32,000 bases of DNA. Source: Patescibacteria group bacterium. Its GTDB lineage: Bacteria > Patescibacteriota > Patescibacteriia > 2-01-FULL-39-33. The notes under the pieces are model-generated. The model was not told the DNA's origin. It searched no databases and was given only the letters and a program-made list of their open reading frames with translations. The translations under genes were made by a program, and so were the position numbers. This document shows, in pieces, positions 31,848 to 32,000 of the stretch. The stretch lies in assembly GCA_041662745.1 (NCBI GenBank), contig JBAZRV010000001.1, forward strand, positions 1 through 32,000, read 5' to 3'. Positions within the stretch are counted from its first letter, which is position 1. The number at the start of each line of letters is the position of its first letter.

Positions 31848-32000
31848 TAGAGGATTTTTTATCGGCAATTTTATTTGAACGCGACCCGGCGAAACGATTA
31901 AACAGCCAACCCAAAAGCAATAAGCCGGCCAGCCAAACAACGGTTAGCAACGCCGGCGGCAGAAATTCCAACCAGTCGCTGTAACGGCTGATAATCGGCC
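31831..32000 (-). CDS. C-terminal end of a membrane protein (start beyond the window)
   Basis: Hand translation: PIISRYSDWLEFLPPALLTVVWLAGLLLLGWLFNRFAGSRSNKIADKKSSKKSSC-stop. It has one TM segment. Only 56 codons are visible. Confidence 0.35.
   Translation of the reverse strand, partial: PIISRYSDWLEFLPPALLTVVWLAGLLLLGWLFNRFAGSRSNKIADKKSSKKSSC

Noticed and set aside
1-32000. CRISPR arrays, rRNA genes, IS elements or transposases, and toxin-antitoxin pairs of known type
   Set aside because: No regularly spaced direct repeats, no rRNA-like conserved blocks, no transposase- or integrase-like ORFs, and no recognisable TA families were seen on either strand.

Overview
The window looks like a chromosomal segment from a small-genome, AT-leaning bacterium. 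It is probably a Candidate Phyla Radiation (Patescibacteria) member. That is an inference from gene content: giant surface proteins anchored by a T4SS-pilin-like N-terminal module, a four-subunit pyruvate:ferredoxin oxidoreductase, an LCP protein and many orphan small genes. The housekeeping backbone is mostly on the minus strand: yqeY-like, rpsU, hisS, lepB, an LCP-family gene (+), a TrmB-type regulator, leuS, uvrA, porGDAB and a DsbA-like oxidoreductase. The left 7.6 kb holds two tandem giant paralogous surface-protein genes. The first (1-4229, minus) is missing from the supplied ORF track because its stop lies outside the window. Between the backbone genes sit self-contained accessory cassettes, each with a near-consensus sigma70 promoter and its own terminator. 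The most unusual cassette is 14472-17941. Twin divergent consensus promoters there flank two perfect palindromes. The leftward arm carries two tiny ORFs and a ~330-nt structured tail that contains a tRNA-like acceptor/T-arm minihelix. The rightward arm is a ~1.2-kb ORF-poor, helix-dense and partly GC-rich transcript, which I call a candidate large structured ncRNA that I cannot assign to any known family. It is followed by three orphan ORFs, two of them preceded by a duplicated hairpin plus 44-nt box module. Other notable items are a complete Nudix-box domain inserted in LeuRS, a GC-rich three-gene orphan operon at 25306-27080 (lipoprotein, an 85-aa protein, and a protein with a cold-shock-like C-terminus), and an ankyrin-repeat protein. 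I found no rRNA, canonical tRNA, CRISPR array, transposase or integrase.
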